Shown here: one piece after another, positions 27,672 through 37,710 of the stretch
How the letters are laid out: each line of letters starts with the position of its first letter
Numbering within the stretch: position 1 is the first letter of the stretch
From: Armatimonadota bacterium
Lineage (GTDB): Bacteria; Armatimonadota; SYMT01
Reading direction: 5' to 3'
Assembly (NCBI GenBank): GCA_041690135.1
Contig: JAWLHY010000001.1
Coordinates: 832,001 to 896,000, forward strand
Length of the DNA stretch: 64,000 nt
Notes under the pieces: model-generated
Databases searched by the model: none
Told to the model about the DNA's origin: nothing
Seen by the model: the letters and a program-made list of their open reading frames with translations, nothing else
Translations under genes and position numbers: made by a program

Positions 27672-29579
27672 TTAGCGAAACGCCCGGGACCAGAGGATAC
27701 CGCCGCCACCCACCAGGTGATTGCTCCCCAGGCGCTGGTCGAGGAACGCAATGGCCAGCAGACCGCCGCCAAGGCTCCGCCGCACTCGCAGCGTTGCGCG
27801 CTCTTCCACGTCTTCCCGACGCGCGTATTCGACGAAGACATCCAGCTTGTGCTGATGGTAGAACCACGGCACGTAGAAGCCGGCCGTATAGATCTGCCGG
27901 TTGTGGCTATCGATGCCGGCCTCCCCATACACGTCCAGGACGTTCTTCTTGATGGGATGGGCTCCGTCCACGGACCAACCGATGCTGGTCTCCTCCTCCC
28001 GGTTGAAGAGCGCGGAATAGCCGGCATACCCCAGACCCACCGGCGCTTGCCCACGCAGGAAGCCGCCGGAGAAGCCGCCGTCCCGGAACACGTCGGAGTC
28101 GATGACGTAACCACCCATTTGCCGGAATCGACCCTTGATCGGCAACTCGTAGAGGATGGTATCGGAACTCTCCAGGTCGAGGAGGGTTCCCGTGCGCGTG
28201 TTGTTGGCGGGACCGAGGAAGAGGTGCTGCCGGCCAGCGGTCAGCTTTCCGTATTTCCCCTTCACCTCGAAAAAGGCTTCACTCAGGTCGTGCTCGCTCT
28301 GCCCGTTCAGTAACTGATAGCGGTAACCGATTTCGGTATAAATGTCGCCGGAAACCGCCTGGTAGCGAAGGCGCGTCCCGAGGACATCATCGTCGTTGGT
28401 GCCGATAGCGAACGGCTCAAACCGCCACACCTGGTTCTTTCCGGCTTCCACGGCGGGAGCCCGGGTGAGCACCTGCGGCTGAAAGATCCGCTCCGGTGAG
28501 GGGAGCTGTGTGTTCTGCGCCAGGAAGATCGGCTGTCGCTGGGACGATTGCGCGCCCAGCCCGCGGAAGCCGCGGAGCCCGAACTTGCCCGGAGAGTCGC
28601 CCGGGCCGAAGTCGCAGAAGAACTGGTTGTCGTCCTCCGTGCTGTCGCGGATCGCGCGGCGGAATGGGAACTCCCGATCCTGGATGTCTTCGTGGGTCGC
28701 GGTACCGGGAAGCACGTAATTCTGCGTGCCGTCCTCCATCTGCTGGAAGTAGGGAGTGCGCTGAATGTAGGCGAAGTTCTCGTTCGGCACGCGGTAGGCC
28801 GGCCGCGGCCCGCCGTTCCGCGGAACCGTCGTTCCGGTATTGCGGCCCAACTCCACGACGTCGGCACCCGGCTTCTGGGCCAGCACATAGCCGCTCACCG
28901 GCGCGCCCGGAGCGGGTACCGGGACTGCGGGGGCAAAAGTAACGGTGCCGGTGGCCGGGTCGAATGCCGTGACCTGCCGCCGTTGACCATTGAGCGGCCC
29001 GTCTACGAAACGGATCTCCCCCCCTCGCCAGTCCTCCGTCGCATCGATCAGGTTCGGGTCCACCAGTGTGGTCGCCGTTAGGGCCGTAGGGCTTCCGGCT
29101 GCGACCGGGTTGTCCTCCGAGGAAACAAAGACGCGGCCTTCGTAGCAGCGCACTTCCGCCTCACCCGTCTCCTCATTCACCTGGAAGTGGACCTTGGTGC
29201 CGCGTACGGCGGCGATGGCATTACCGCCGGAGATCCGCCCGGGAGCCCGGAAATCCATCACCACCTGTCCCCGAAGGAGGCGGGCCTGGCGACGGTCGGC
29301 ACTGGTGACGACCAGTTCGCTTAGTTCTCCCAGGCGGAGAATGCTCATATCGGGGAAGCGCACGCCCACGGCGGAACGCCCACCGGTCCGCACTCGCTCG
29401 CCCTGTTGAATGGGGGTGTCGATCGGTGCATCCACCAGGCGCCCCTGCGGCCCCGTCGTCTTCTTGACAACCCGCACGACCTCTCGCACCCGCGCTACCT
29501 TCGGGGCCTGCGCCTGGGTAACGGCGGGTACCCCCGTGAGTACTGCGGCCAGTCCTAACCCTACTCCGCTTGCACGCAT
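27672..29579 (-). CDS. FecR-domain protein with probable C-terminal outer-membrane beta-barrel
   Basis: GERVRTG..S, FPD.S.LRLGE.S, AAVRGT, CYEGRV; alternating aromatic strands in the C-terminal half. Confidence 0.7.
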   Translation of the reverse strand: MRASGVGLGLAAVLTGVPAVTQAQAPKVARVREVVRVVKKTTGPQGRLVDAPIDTPIQQGERVRTGGRSAVGVRFPDMSILRLGELSELVVTSADRRQARLLRGQVVMDFRAPGRISGGNAIAAVRGTKVHFQVNEETGEAEVRCYEGRVFVSSEDNPVAAGSPTALTATTLVDPNLIDATEDWRGGEIRFVDGPLNGQRRQVTAFDPATGTVTFAPAVPVPAPGAPVSGYVLAQKPGADVVELGRNTGTTVPRNGGPRPAYRVPNENFAYIQRTPYFQQMEDGTQNYVLPGTATHEDIQDREFPFRRAIRDSTEDDNQFFCDFGPGDSPGKFGLRGFRGLGAQSSQRQPIFLAQNTQLPSPERIFQPQVLTRAPAVEAGKNQVWRFEPFAIGTNDDDVLGTRLRYQAVSGDIYTEIGYRYQLLNGQSEHDLSEAFFEVKGKYGKLTAGRQHLFLGPANNTRTGTLLDLESSDTILYELPIKGRFRQMGGYVIDSDVFRDGGFSGGFLRGQAPVGLGYAGYSALFNREEETSIGWSVDGAHPIKKNVLDVYGEAGIDSHNRQIYTAGFYVPWFYHQHKLDVFVEYARREDVEERATLRVRRSLGGGLLAIAFLDQRLGSNHLVGGGGILWSRAFR

Positions 29580-29660
29580 CTTGCTTTCACTATCTCCCAC
29601 ACGCCGCACGCCGGCCGAGCCGGGCGCGGGCGTTTCAATTCACTCGTTCCGACCGGGCTC

Positions 29661-32600
29661 TTAGCGCCGGCGCAGTTCGCATCCAAAAGCCCGGATCTGG
29701 ACGCGGGCCACCTTCTTCTTCGCGTCGTTGGAGAAGATCCGGATCTCGGCGGGGTATCTCGCATGGCGAACCGGTCTGAACTCCACCCGTACCTGCAGGC
29801 TTTCTCCGGGAGCCAGTCCAAAGTAGTACCGCTCCCCGTCGCCGAGCGGGGTCGGCGTATCCTTCTTCAGCAGAATCCGGAAGGGATCGCCCAGGTTCGT
29901 CATCTCCGCGGTAAGGAAGCCCTTACCGATATTGCGGATGGTGAACTCCCGCTGCACTGTGTCGTTCAGGTCCACCAGTCCGAAATTGAGGGTGGCGGGT
30001 GTGATCTGGATGCGACCTGGAACATAGGCGGCCACCGTAAAGCTGCCGCCCGGCTCCGTCGCCTGATTTCCCGAGGCATCCTGCGCGCGGATCGCTACGG
30101 TGTAGGTCACGGTCTGTAACGTGTCATTGGCCGGCGCCGTGAACTGCCCCTCGTAGACGTTGTTGCCCACGTGGGTGAGCGGCACCTGGGCGATGACCGC
30201 CGCCGACCGCGGTCGGTTGCGCTTCTTGCCCTTCTTCCCCTTCACCACCGGCGGCTCGAGGCTCACTTCCGCCGTCACCTGGTCGACACCCACGTTGTCG
30301 TTGACGGTCGCGCGGATGGTAACCGTCCCCCCATCCGCAGTAAGGGAGTCCGGGGTAACCACCGGTGCGGAGATGACGGGCGCCGTGGTGTCGGGAGCCG
30401 CTACCGTCACCGTGCCGCAGTCCTGGCTCGTGCTGTTTCCTGCCGCGTCCTCTGCTTTGAGGGCGACGGTGTATACCACGGGCATCGAAGCGGCGTTTCC
30501 AGCCAGGGTGAAGAGCGCCGACCAGTTGTCGCCCGAGCCCCGCGTCAACGGAACGTCCACCGGCGAGCCCCCTGCGGGAGTGACCGTCGCCTTCACGGCG
30601 CCGACGCCCACATTATCCGTAATGACGGCCGTCAGGTTGATCTGACCGCCGGTGTGCGGAAGCTCCGTGGGGTCCACCGAGCAACTCACGATCTCGGGGG
30701 CGACACCGTCCGCCGCTTCCTGCGTGATGGTGCCGCAGTCGACATGGGTCTCGTTTCCGACCGCGTCGTAGGCGAACAACTTGACGGTGTACACCTTCTC
30801 TACCGGGTCGGGGTTGAGGGGAATGGGAATATCGGCGCTGAAGTCGTTCTCCGAGCCCGGCTCCAGGGGCACGGCAAAGGACGTAGTGTCCGGGCGGATC
30901 ACCAGTGCCTGGACGTACTCCACCGCCACATTGTCCACGATGGTGGCGTCGATCGGCACCAACCCACCCTCGACCGGGAGGGTGTCGGTGCCCAGGGCAC
31001 AGTCGATGATTACCGGCGACACGTCGTCGACACCCGCCACGGTCACCTGTATTCCGGGCAGGCGGTTGGTATTGCCGTTGATATCGGTGGCTTCAAATTC
31101 CACCAGGTAGTATTTCGGGACCGAGTCAAGGTTCTCCGGGATCGGAATGCTGCCTTCGTACTTGTCCGCCAGGGTCTCCCCCAGTTGGACGCGCGTCTCG
31201 GACTCGTCCGGATGGAACACCACGGCCTCTACCCGGTCGATGCCGAGGTTGTCCACCGCCAGCACCTTGGCCTGAACATCCCCGCCCGCAGCGAGCAACT
31301 CCGTGGGGCTGAGGAACGGGTCCAGGAGGGTGGGGACCTGACAATCGATCAGTGCGACTGTAAAGTCGCGGCCGGTACTAACCTCTTCCGTGAAGCCTGC
31401 CACGGCGATGTTGCCGAACGGATCGGTATCCACGGCGCGCGCGACGTCCTCCGCTTCCGCGGTACCCGCATAGGTGCGACGCCAGTTGAGCGTCCCCGTC
31501 GGACTGTATCGCACCACTTCGAAATCCTGGTGCGCCTCGCCGATCGTGGTGACCATCGCCGACACGATGAAATCGTGTGCGTCGAGGGCGAGATCCCGCA
31601 CCTCTTGATCTCCCGCCTCGGCGATCTGCCGCGTCCAGGTCGCGGAGCCCGTGCCGCTGTTCAACTTGACGATCAGGTGGTCGTACCCGTTGCCCTCCGT
31701 GGCCACATTGCCGGCCGCGACCACCTGGTTTTGCGAATCGATCGCCACGTCGGTGGCCACGTCGTCCGTAAAAGTGGACTGAGTGGGGTAAATGTAGATC
31801 CAGTCCTGGTCACCCGTGGCGCCGGACAGCTTGACTACCGCAAACTCCCTTGCTTCTCCCGAAGGAGCGAGCCACCCAGCAATCACCACGTTTCCCGCAG
31901 CGTCCGTCGCCACGTCGTGGCCCGTGCCCGCAACGGGCTCGTTCATCAAGTCGACACGCTTGATCCAGTGATCCGTGAGACCGAAGTCCCCGTCGATCTT
32001 CATCGCGGCAAACCGGGAACCGAACTCGCCCTCGCTGAAATAGCCCGTGACCACCACGTCGTCTTGCTCTCCGGCATCCGCGGATGGGACCGTCGTAACT
32101 CCCTGCGCCGCATCCGGAAACCCACTGCCGCCGTCCACCAGCCGCTCCCAGGCAATGTGGCCATCCGACCCCAGCAACTTGGCAACCAGAAAGTCCGAAC
32201 TGGACTGGCCGTTCTCCGAGTAGCCCGCGATCAGCAGGTTATTCACCCGGTCCAGGGCGATGTCCAGGGGGCGAATTTCCCCATTGGAAGGGGAGGTGAT
32301 GCGGGTGCGCCAACGCTCCGCCCCGTCACCTGTAAAGCTGATTGCCATGACCGCGGGCCGCACCGTGGACTCCGAATGGCCACTTACTCCCCGCCGCGGT
32401 CGCGGCGCCGGCCGGGCCGTGAACGGAGTCAGGACCGTGTCGTGGACCAACCCCACGGCTACCACGTTGCCGAGCGCGTCGACCGCAACGTGCATTCCTT
32501 CGCTGTCCCAACCGGCGGCCGTGCCCTGCATGGTTCGGAACCAGTCCAGCGCACCGTCGTGGTGATAGACCGCCACGGCAAAGGCGAACTCGCCGGTGGC

Positions 32601-32900
32601 CATCTGAAGGGTGCCGGTGGCCGCGATGCGGCCATCCGGAAGGAACGCCACGTCGTTGGCTGCGTCCCAGGACACTTCCGCTCCACTGCCGTTGAGCCGG
32701 CTCAGCCAGGCGAACTCGGTGCCGTTCGCCGGGGAGCGCGGCGCGACGCGGGAAGCGCGCACGGTGGGCCGCTGTGCCGGCCGGGACGCGGCGGCCCCGG
32801 CGATCTGAAGCAGCGCCAGGGCAAACACCAGCACCACCGGCAAATTACGGAAGGCGCGGGCGTAGAACTTGGTAGTATCCGAAAGCTGTTCGTGCATCAT
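29661..32900 (-). CDS. Large exported protein: beta-propeller, four Ig-like repeats, choice-of-anchor D-like domain
   Basis: VA.D..GNV..AG blades; repeated P..L...GG.V...A.(V/I).DNVGV..V.A; LNFG.V...FTIRN.G; start uncertain. Confidence 0.8.
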   Translation of the reverse strand: MMHEQLSDTTKFYARAFRNLPVVLVFALALLQIAGAAASRPAQRPTVRASRVAPRSPANGTEFAWLSRLNGSGAEVSWDAANDVAFLPDGRIAATGTLQMATGEFAFAVAVYHHDGALDWFRTMQGTAAGWDSEGMHVAVDALGNVVAVGLVHDTVLTPFTARPAPRPRRGVSGHSESTVRPAVMAISFTGDGAERWRTRITSPSNGEIRPLDIALDRVNNLLIAGYSENGQSSSDFLVAKLLGSDGHIAWERLVDGGSGFPDAAQGVTTVPSADAGEQDDVVVTGYFSEGEFGSRFAAMKIDGDFGLTDHWIKRVDLMNEPVAGTGHDVATDAAGNVVIAGWLAPSGEAREFAVVKLSGATGDQDWIYIYPTQSTFTDDVATDVAIDSQNQVVAAGNVATEGNGYDHLIVKLNSGTGSATWTRQIAEAGDQEVRDLALDAHDFIVSAMVTTIGEAHQDFEVVRYSPTGTLNWRRTYAGTAEAEDVARAVDTDPFGNIAVAGFTEEVSTGRDFTVALIDCQVPTLLDPFLSPTELLAAGGDVQAKVLAVDNLGIDRVEAVVFHPDESETRVQLGETLADKYEGSIPIPENLDSVPKYYLVEFEATDINGNTNRLPGIQVTVAGVDDVSPVIIDCALGTDTLPVEGGLVPIDATIVDNVAVEYVQALVIRPDTTSFAVPLEPGSENDFSADIPIPLNPDPVEKVYTVKLFAYDAVGNETHVDCGTITQEAADGVAPEIVSCSVDPTELPHTGGQINLTAVITDNVGVGAVKATVTPAGGSPVDVPLTRGSGDNWSALFTLAGNAASMPVVYTVALKAEDAAGNSTSQDCGTVTVAAPDTTAPVISAPVVTPDSLTADGGTVTIRATVNDNVGVDQVTAEVSLEPPVVKGKKGKKRNRPRSAAVIAQVPLTHVGNNVYEGQFTAPANDTLQTVTYTVAIRAQDASGNQATEPGGSFTVAAYVPGRIQITPATLNFGLVDLNDTVQREFTIRNIGKGFLTAEMTNLGDPFRILLKKDTPTPLGDGERYYFGLAPGESLQVRVEFRPVRHARYPAEIRIFSNDAKKKVARVQIRAFGCELRRR

Positions 32901-33218
32901 GATTGCGAGCGGACCGCGACCGGATCGACGCTGATAGGGTTCCGGGAGCAGGCCCTTGCGTTCCGGCAAAAAGCGGCGGGCGGGTGTTGGCGCGCCAAGC
33001 ATCCGACTTATCCAATTCCTTAGATAGCGCCAGGTTCCCTCCTGCACATCCCCTTGTGACGGAATTCACGCAGGACCCGTCACTCATGCCTCGGGGCGGA
33101 CCGCCCGCTGGCTACGGGATCGGCGCTGATTGTGCTTGAAGAAACTTGAGAAGCCGGACACCGGTAAGTACATGGGGTACCAACTTAATGTAGGTGCCGC
33201 GGCCCTGGAGAGTGTTGT

Positions 33219-35564
33219 ATGCTGGCCCGCCTCGCTGTTAGCTCGCTTCTGCTTTTGGGACCCGCCCTCCCGCTTACCGCCGGTGGGACCCGCCCTGCCG
33301 CGCCGCCGGAACCGATGAAGGCCGCCCGCTCGGAAGCGCGAAGCAGCGACCCGAGTGAGAAGCGACCGGACCGCCTGGTGCGGCCCGATTGGGGAAAGAT
33401 TCAAGGTTGGATCCTGGATGCAGCTACCCGGAAGCCGATCGCCCGGGCTCGGGTTGCGGTAGAGGTCGAGGGAGCTTTTCCGGCCGAAGGCAAATCCACG
33501 GACGTCTCCGACGCTGCCGGCCAGTTTACTGCGAAAGCCCCCCTCGGCAAGATCTCCAGCAAGTTCGACTGGGGCCGCCTCCTGACGATGCACCCGATCA
33601 GCCTGCTGCTCTCCCCTCGCTCCGTCACCAAGCAGACCCGAATTCTGGATGTCACCCAGGTCAATGTACGAGTGGAGGCTGAAGGCTACCGCCCCTTCGT
33701 GGGCAGCGTGCGGGCGACCCGCCTCGATGCGGGCGATTTTTCCATCACCCTGGACGATGTCTGGCTGGCGCCCGAAAACAGCGAGCTCGCTTCGTTTTCC
33801 CCGGAGAACGTCCGTTGGGAAGTGATCGAGAGCTTTCGGGTGGAGCCCGTGGTCGCCGCGCCCGGTGAGAAGGTCCGCATTTCCCTGACTGCCCGTCTTC
33901 CGCTGGGTCGTGGCCATCGCTACCGGGCCTACCTGACCAGCAGCGCTCAAAGACTGATCGACAACCAGATCGAATTGAAGCGGGAGCGAGGCAAAGACAG
34001 CGGGAAGAAGGCGGCCAGCCCGGCGGAAGAGCTGCAAGAAAGTGTCACCTTCACCCGGGAGATCAAGCTGCCCAAGAATTCGGTCGATACCTGGACAGAG
34101 TTGAGCTTCTTGCTGGTCCGCAATAACAGCACTGTCCTGCGACAGCGGGATACGCGCACGTTGCTTCAGGTGGCTCGCACTCCGGAGGAAAAGGGACCCG
34201 CCGAGAAGATCGCGGAAGGCTTCGCCTACCACCGCCTGGGCGACACCGAAAAGGCGCTTCGGGAGTACCGGACCGCCGCGGAAGGGGGCCCTCGACCCGG
34301 ACTGGCCGCACTCCTGTTGGGGGACCTGTGCACCCGAATCGGAAGGCATCGCGAGGCGGCCGACCATTACCAGCGCCTCGTGGAGCTCGATCCTCGGGAT
34401 TACGACCTGGCCCGTACCCGGCGTGCCCAGTCCCTGGTGGAACTGGGGCGCAGTGAAGAGGCCCTGGAGGTGCTGGCGGGAGCGGAGCAAGCTTACGGAA
34501 AGCGAAAGATTCCGGCGCCGGTGTACCTCCAACGGGCGCGAGCCTACGCCGCGCTGGGTCAGTTCGAGAAGGTCGATGAATGCCTTTCCCTGGCGGGGCA
34601 GGAGTTGCAGATTTCGGATGCGATCCTCACGGAAATCAACCTCCGGCGCCTGGAAGCGGCCGTCCGCAAGAGCCCCGCGGAACCGGATCTCCGGCTGAGT
34701 TTTGCCCGGCTGCTGGAAGCCGGCGGGCGACGGGATGAAGCGATCGGCCAGATCCGGAAGGCGGTGGAGTTGGACCGGTCCCGGCCCTGGGCCTTCCTGG
34801 AGTTGGGCGAGGCATTGTGGGCGGCCGGGCGCCGGGAGGAGGCGTTAGCCAATCTGCGGCACGCATTAGCGCTGGACCCACAGAACCCACTGGTTTTGAT
34901 GACGCTGGCCGATGCCCTGCGCGACCAGCGTCGATACGCGGAGGCGCTCCCGCTGTACCGGAAGGTCGTCGAGGCGCAGAAGCTGAACCTCCGCGCCCGG
35001 CACAACTACGCGCTGATGCTGTTCGCTACCCAGAATCTGCCCGAGGCGCGGAAAGAGCTGGTAGAGGTGGTGGGTCAGGCGCGCGAGAAGGGCGATCTAC
35101 GCGAGGACGGCCTGCCGCTTCCCGGCGCCGGCATCTATTTCGGTCCCAAGCGTCGGCTCGTCTCGGGGTTCAGCATTCCGGAAGCGGCCGCGGGCGCTGC
35201 GCTGCTGGAGGCCCTTCAGGATCTCGAACACCATCCCGAAAACGCGCTGCTGTGGCAGAACATCGGCCGGGCGCTGCTGGATCTGGAGCTTCCCGACCTC
35301 TCAACCGCTGCCCTCGCGCGCTCGCTCAAGGCGGACTCGGGCCTGCTCGAAACGCGGTTCTTGCTGGGCATGGCATACCGCCGCACAGGCAAAACGGAAG
35401 CGGCCCAGCGAGAGTTGGAAGCTGCGGTCGCCGCCAACCCGCTCCACCCGCGCGCGCGCCTGGAACTGGCGCAACTCTACACGGATGCCGGTGAACTGGA
35501 CCGGGCTCAAGCCCAGCTGGCCGCCTACCGAAAGCACTATCCCCATGAACGACCGGCACTTTAG
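33219..35564 (+). CDS. Exported TPR protein with N-terminal carboxypeptidase-regulatory-like domain
   Basis: Signal peptide; IQGWILDAAT.KPI.RARV; multiple TPRs. Confidence 0.8.
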   Translation: MLARLAVSSLLLLGPALPLTAGGTRPAAPPEPMKAARSEARSSDPSEKRPDRLVRPDWGKIQGWILDAATRKPIARARVAVEVEGAFPAEGKSTDVSDAAGQFTAKAPLGKISSKFDWGRLLTMHPISLLLSPRSVTKQTRILDVTQVNVRVEAEGYRPFVGSVRATRLDAGDFSITLDDVWLAPENSELASFSPENVRWEVIESFRVEPVVAAPGEKVRISLTARLPLGRGHRYRAYLTSSAQRLIDNQIELKRERGKDSGKKAASPAEELQESVTFTREIKLPKNSVDTWTELSFLLVRNNSTVLRQRDTRTLLQVARTPEEKGPAEKIAEGFAYHRLGDTEKALREYRTAAEGGPRPGLAALLLGDLCTRIGRHREAADHYQRLVELDPRDYDLARTRRAQSLVELGRSEEALEVLAGAEQAYGKRKIPAPVYLQRARAYAALGQFEKVDECLSLAGQELQISDAILTEINLRRLEAAVRKSPAEPDLRLSFARLLEAGGRRDEAIGQIRKAVELDRSRPWAFLELGEALWAAGRREEALANLRHALALDPQNPLVLMTLADALRDQRRYAEALPLYRKVVEAQKLNLRARHNYALMLFATQNLPEARKELVEVVGQAREKGDLREDGLPLPGAGIYFGPKRRLVSGFSIPEAAAGAALLEALQDLEHHPENALLWQNIGRALLDLELPDLSTAALARSLKADSGLLETRFLLGMAYRRTGKTEAAQRELEAAVAANPLHPRARLELAQLYTDAGELDRAQAQLAAYRKHYPHERPAL

Positions 35565-36864
35565 GGCCACGCTCTCTTCCTGGTTCCGCGGAAGCTTTCT
35601 GGCGGTGGGGCTCGGGATTCTCCTGGCCGATACCGCGCCAGCGCAGGCACGCGTGATCGGAAAAACGGCGGAGATCAGCGTCGGTCGCGAAACCGCCTCG
35701 CAGATCGAGCGGTTCTTCCGGGTGGATACCGACCCTGTGGCCGTGGGACGGGTACGGGCAATCGGCCGCCGTCTTGCGGCTTGCGCACACGACCCGGATT
35801 TCCCCTTCGAGTTCCATGTGGTGGAGAGCGGCGAGATCAATGCCTTCGCCTTACCCGGCGGCTTCATCTACGTCTTCCGGGGACTGCTGCAGTTGATCCC
35901 CAATGACGATGCCCTCGCGTTCGTGCTGGCCCACGAGATCAGCCACGTCACGGAGAGGCATGCCGTTCGGCAGTTCGAGAAGAATATTTTGCTCGCCGCC
36001 GGTCTCGCCGGCATCCTGGCGGGCACGGGCGCCGGTTCGGGCTTCAACGACGCGGCGAGAGTGGCGCAGGCCGTGGCCGGGCTTTCCTTTACACGCAGCG
36101 ACGAGAAGGACGCCGACGAGACGGGAATGGAGTTGCTGGTGAAGGCGGGTTACAATCCTCGGGCCGCTTCCCAGGCCATGGAGATCATCAAGCGGGCCGC
36201 CGGGGATGACCGGAGCACGCCCAACCTCCTGCGGAGCCATCCCGCCCCCAGCAGCCGCATCAAGAAGCTCAACGAACTGGCCGAAGCCGCGCTGGCCCGC
36301 CGGAAGGACCTCCCGCCGCGAACGGTGCCGCCGCCTCCGCCCGCGGCGCCTCGACCCCTTCCCGGTATCGCGGCCATCGAGCCCGCGCCCTGCGAGTGGT
36401 TGCCGCTGGCCGTAGGCGCGCGCTGGATCTACCGGGTGCAGAGCGAGGGTACAGAGGGCACCGCCCAGGTTCGGGTGATCGAAGCGTTGAAGACCACGCC
36501 CGGCGTCTACCGGGTGGAGTACGATTTCGGACGGGGTGTCCGAGCCGAGCGCCTGCTGGCCCCGGCGGGGGACCGGTTCTTGAGCCGCAGTGCCGCCGCG
36601 ACCGCGAAGCCGGACTGGAAACTGGAAGCCGTGTTCAACCCTGCCGCACACAAGGAGGGATCCCTGCGCTGGGCCGGACTGGAGAAGATCACGGTACCGG
36701 CCGGTACTTTTGAGACAGCCAGGATCGAACGGGTCGGTGCCGAAGGCAAGGTGGAAGTCACCTACTGGTACGCGCGCGGTACGGGCCTGGTCAAGAGCCT
36801 GTCGGCCGTGACCGGAGTTGTCCAGGAGTTGAAGGCATATCAGCCCGGCAATTCAAAAGGCTGA
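35545..36864 (+). CDS. M48 family metallopeptidase (BepA/YfgC-like) with C-terminal beta domain
   Basis: INAFALPGG, AHEISH, E.DAD, SHP; ITVPAGTF and WYARG.GLVK in the C-terminal domain. Confidence 0.88.
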   Translation: MNDRHFRATLSSWFRGSFLAVGLGILLADTAPAQARVIGKTAEISVGRETASQIERFFRVDTDPVAVGRVRAIGRRLAACAHDPDFPFEFHVVESGEINAFALPGGFIYVFRGLLQLIPNDDALAFVLAHEISHVTERHAVRQFEKNILLAAGLAGILAGTGAGSGFNDAARVAQAVAGLSFTRSDEKDADETGMELLVKAGYNPRAASQAMEIIKRAAGDDRSTPNLLRSHPAPSSRIKKLNELAEAALARRKDLPPRTVPPPPPAAPRPLPGIAAIEPAPCEWLPLAVGARWIYRVQSEGTEGTAQVRVIEALKTTPGVYRVEYDFGRGVRAERLLAPAGDRFLSRSAAATAKPDWKLEAVFNPAAHKEGSLRWAGLEKITVPAGTFETARIERVGAEGKVEVTYWYARGTGLVKSLSAVTGVVQELKAYQPGNSKG

Positions 36865-36865
36865 C

Positions 36866-36977
36866 CCCTCATCCTTATCCGTCAGCCCTCATCCCTATCT
36901 CTATCATCCAGCGCGACTCCTTATCCTTATCATCCTCCAGCTCTCTTCCTTGTCCTTATCTTTATTCCCGTCCATCT
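36866..36977 (+). repeat. Pyrimidine-rich degenerate short repeat tract (CCT(C/T)ATC-like) between convergent genes
   Basis: Recurrent CCTCATCC, CCTTATCC, CCTTATC, TCATCC. Confidence 0.6.
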
Positions 36978-37709
36978 TTATCCGCTATGGCGGATCTCCT
37001 GGGCGGGGCGGATGCAGATCTCGCGGACGTAGGCGGTTTCGGGCAGCGTGACCAGGTTGACCACCTGCGCGGCCACGTCTTCCGGCTGGATGAGCGACTC
37101 CGCTACTTCGGTGGGAAACCCCTCGGCACGCATGCGGGTCGCCACGGGACCTGGGCAAACGACGTGCGCTCGGACCCCGGTGCCCGCCAGTTCCTCATCC
37201 AGCGCCTCCGTGAACCCGATCTGTCCCCACTTGGCGGTGCAGTAGGCCACCCGCGTAGGCACGCCCAGCTTCCCCGCCATGGAAGAAATGGTAACGACTC
37301 TCCCCCACCCCTGGTCCAGGAGCGTCGGCAGGAAGAAGCGAGTCACCAGGAACGTCCCGCGCACCTGGCTGTTCAGCACCCCGTCCCAATCCTCCACGGA
37401 GTTTTCGACGAGCGGCTTCCGGCACACCCCGCCGGCATTGTTCACGATGATGTGGACCGCCCCGAACTCCCCCCGGGTCGCCTCGACCAGGCGCCGGACA
37501 TCCGCTTCCTGGGAGACGTCGGCAATTACCGCCAGCGCCCGAGAACCGCGACTGCGCACTTCCTCGGCGGTTCGCGCGATCTCCTCCGCACTCCGTGCGG
37601 TGACCACGACATGACAGCCCTCGCTTGCGAGCGCCAGCGCGATGGACCGTCCGATTCCCCGTCCGCCCCCCGTAACGACGGCGACGCGATTTTTCAACCT
37701 CATGACCAC
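36978..37709 (-). CDS. Short-chain dehydrogenase/reductase
   Basis: TGGGRGIG, NNAG, YCTAK, PG.V.T. Confidence 0.92.
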   Translation of the reverse strand: MVMRLKNRVAVVTGGGRGIGRSIALALASEGCHVVVTARSAEEIARTAEEVRSRGSRALAVIADVSQEADVRRLVEATRGEFGAVHIIVNNAGGVCRKPLVENSVEDWDGVLNSQVRGTFLVTRFFLPTLLDQGWGRVVTISSMAGKLGVPTRVAYCTAKWGQIGFTEALDEELAGTGVRAHVVCPGPVATRMRAEGFPTEVAESLIQPEDVAAQVVNLVTLPETAYVREICIRPAQEIRHSG

Positions 37710-37710
37710 C

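Noticed and set aside
30171-33023. 950-aa plus-strand ORF, and similar long ORFs at 51114-54032, 41032-43107, 7683-9359 and 13979-15583
   Set aside because: Antisense shadows of real genes, expected in high-GC DNA; no recognisable motifs
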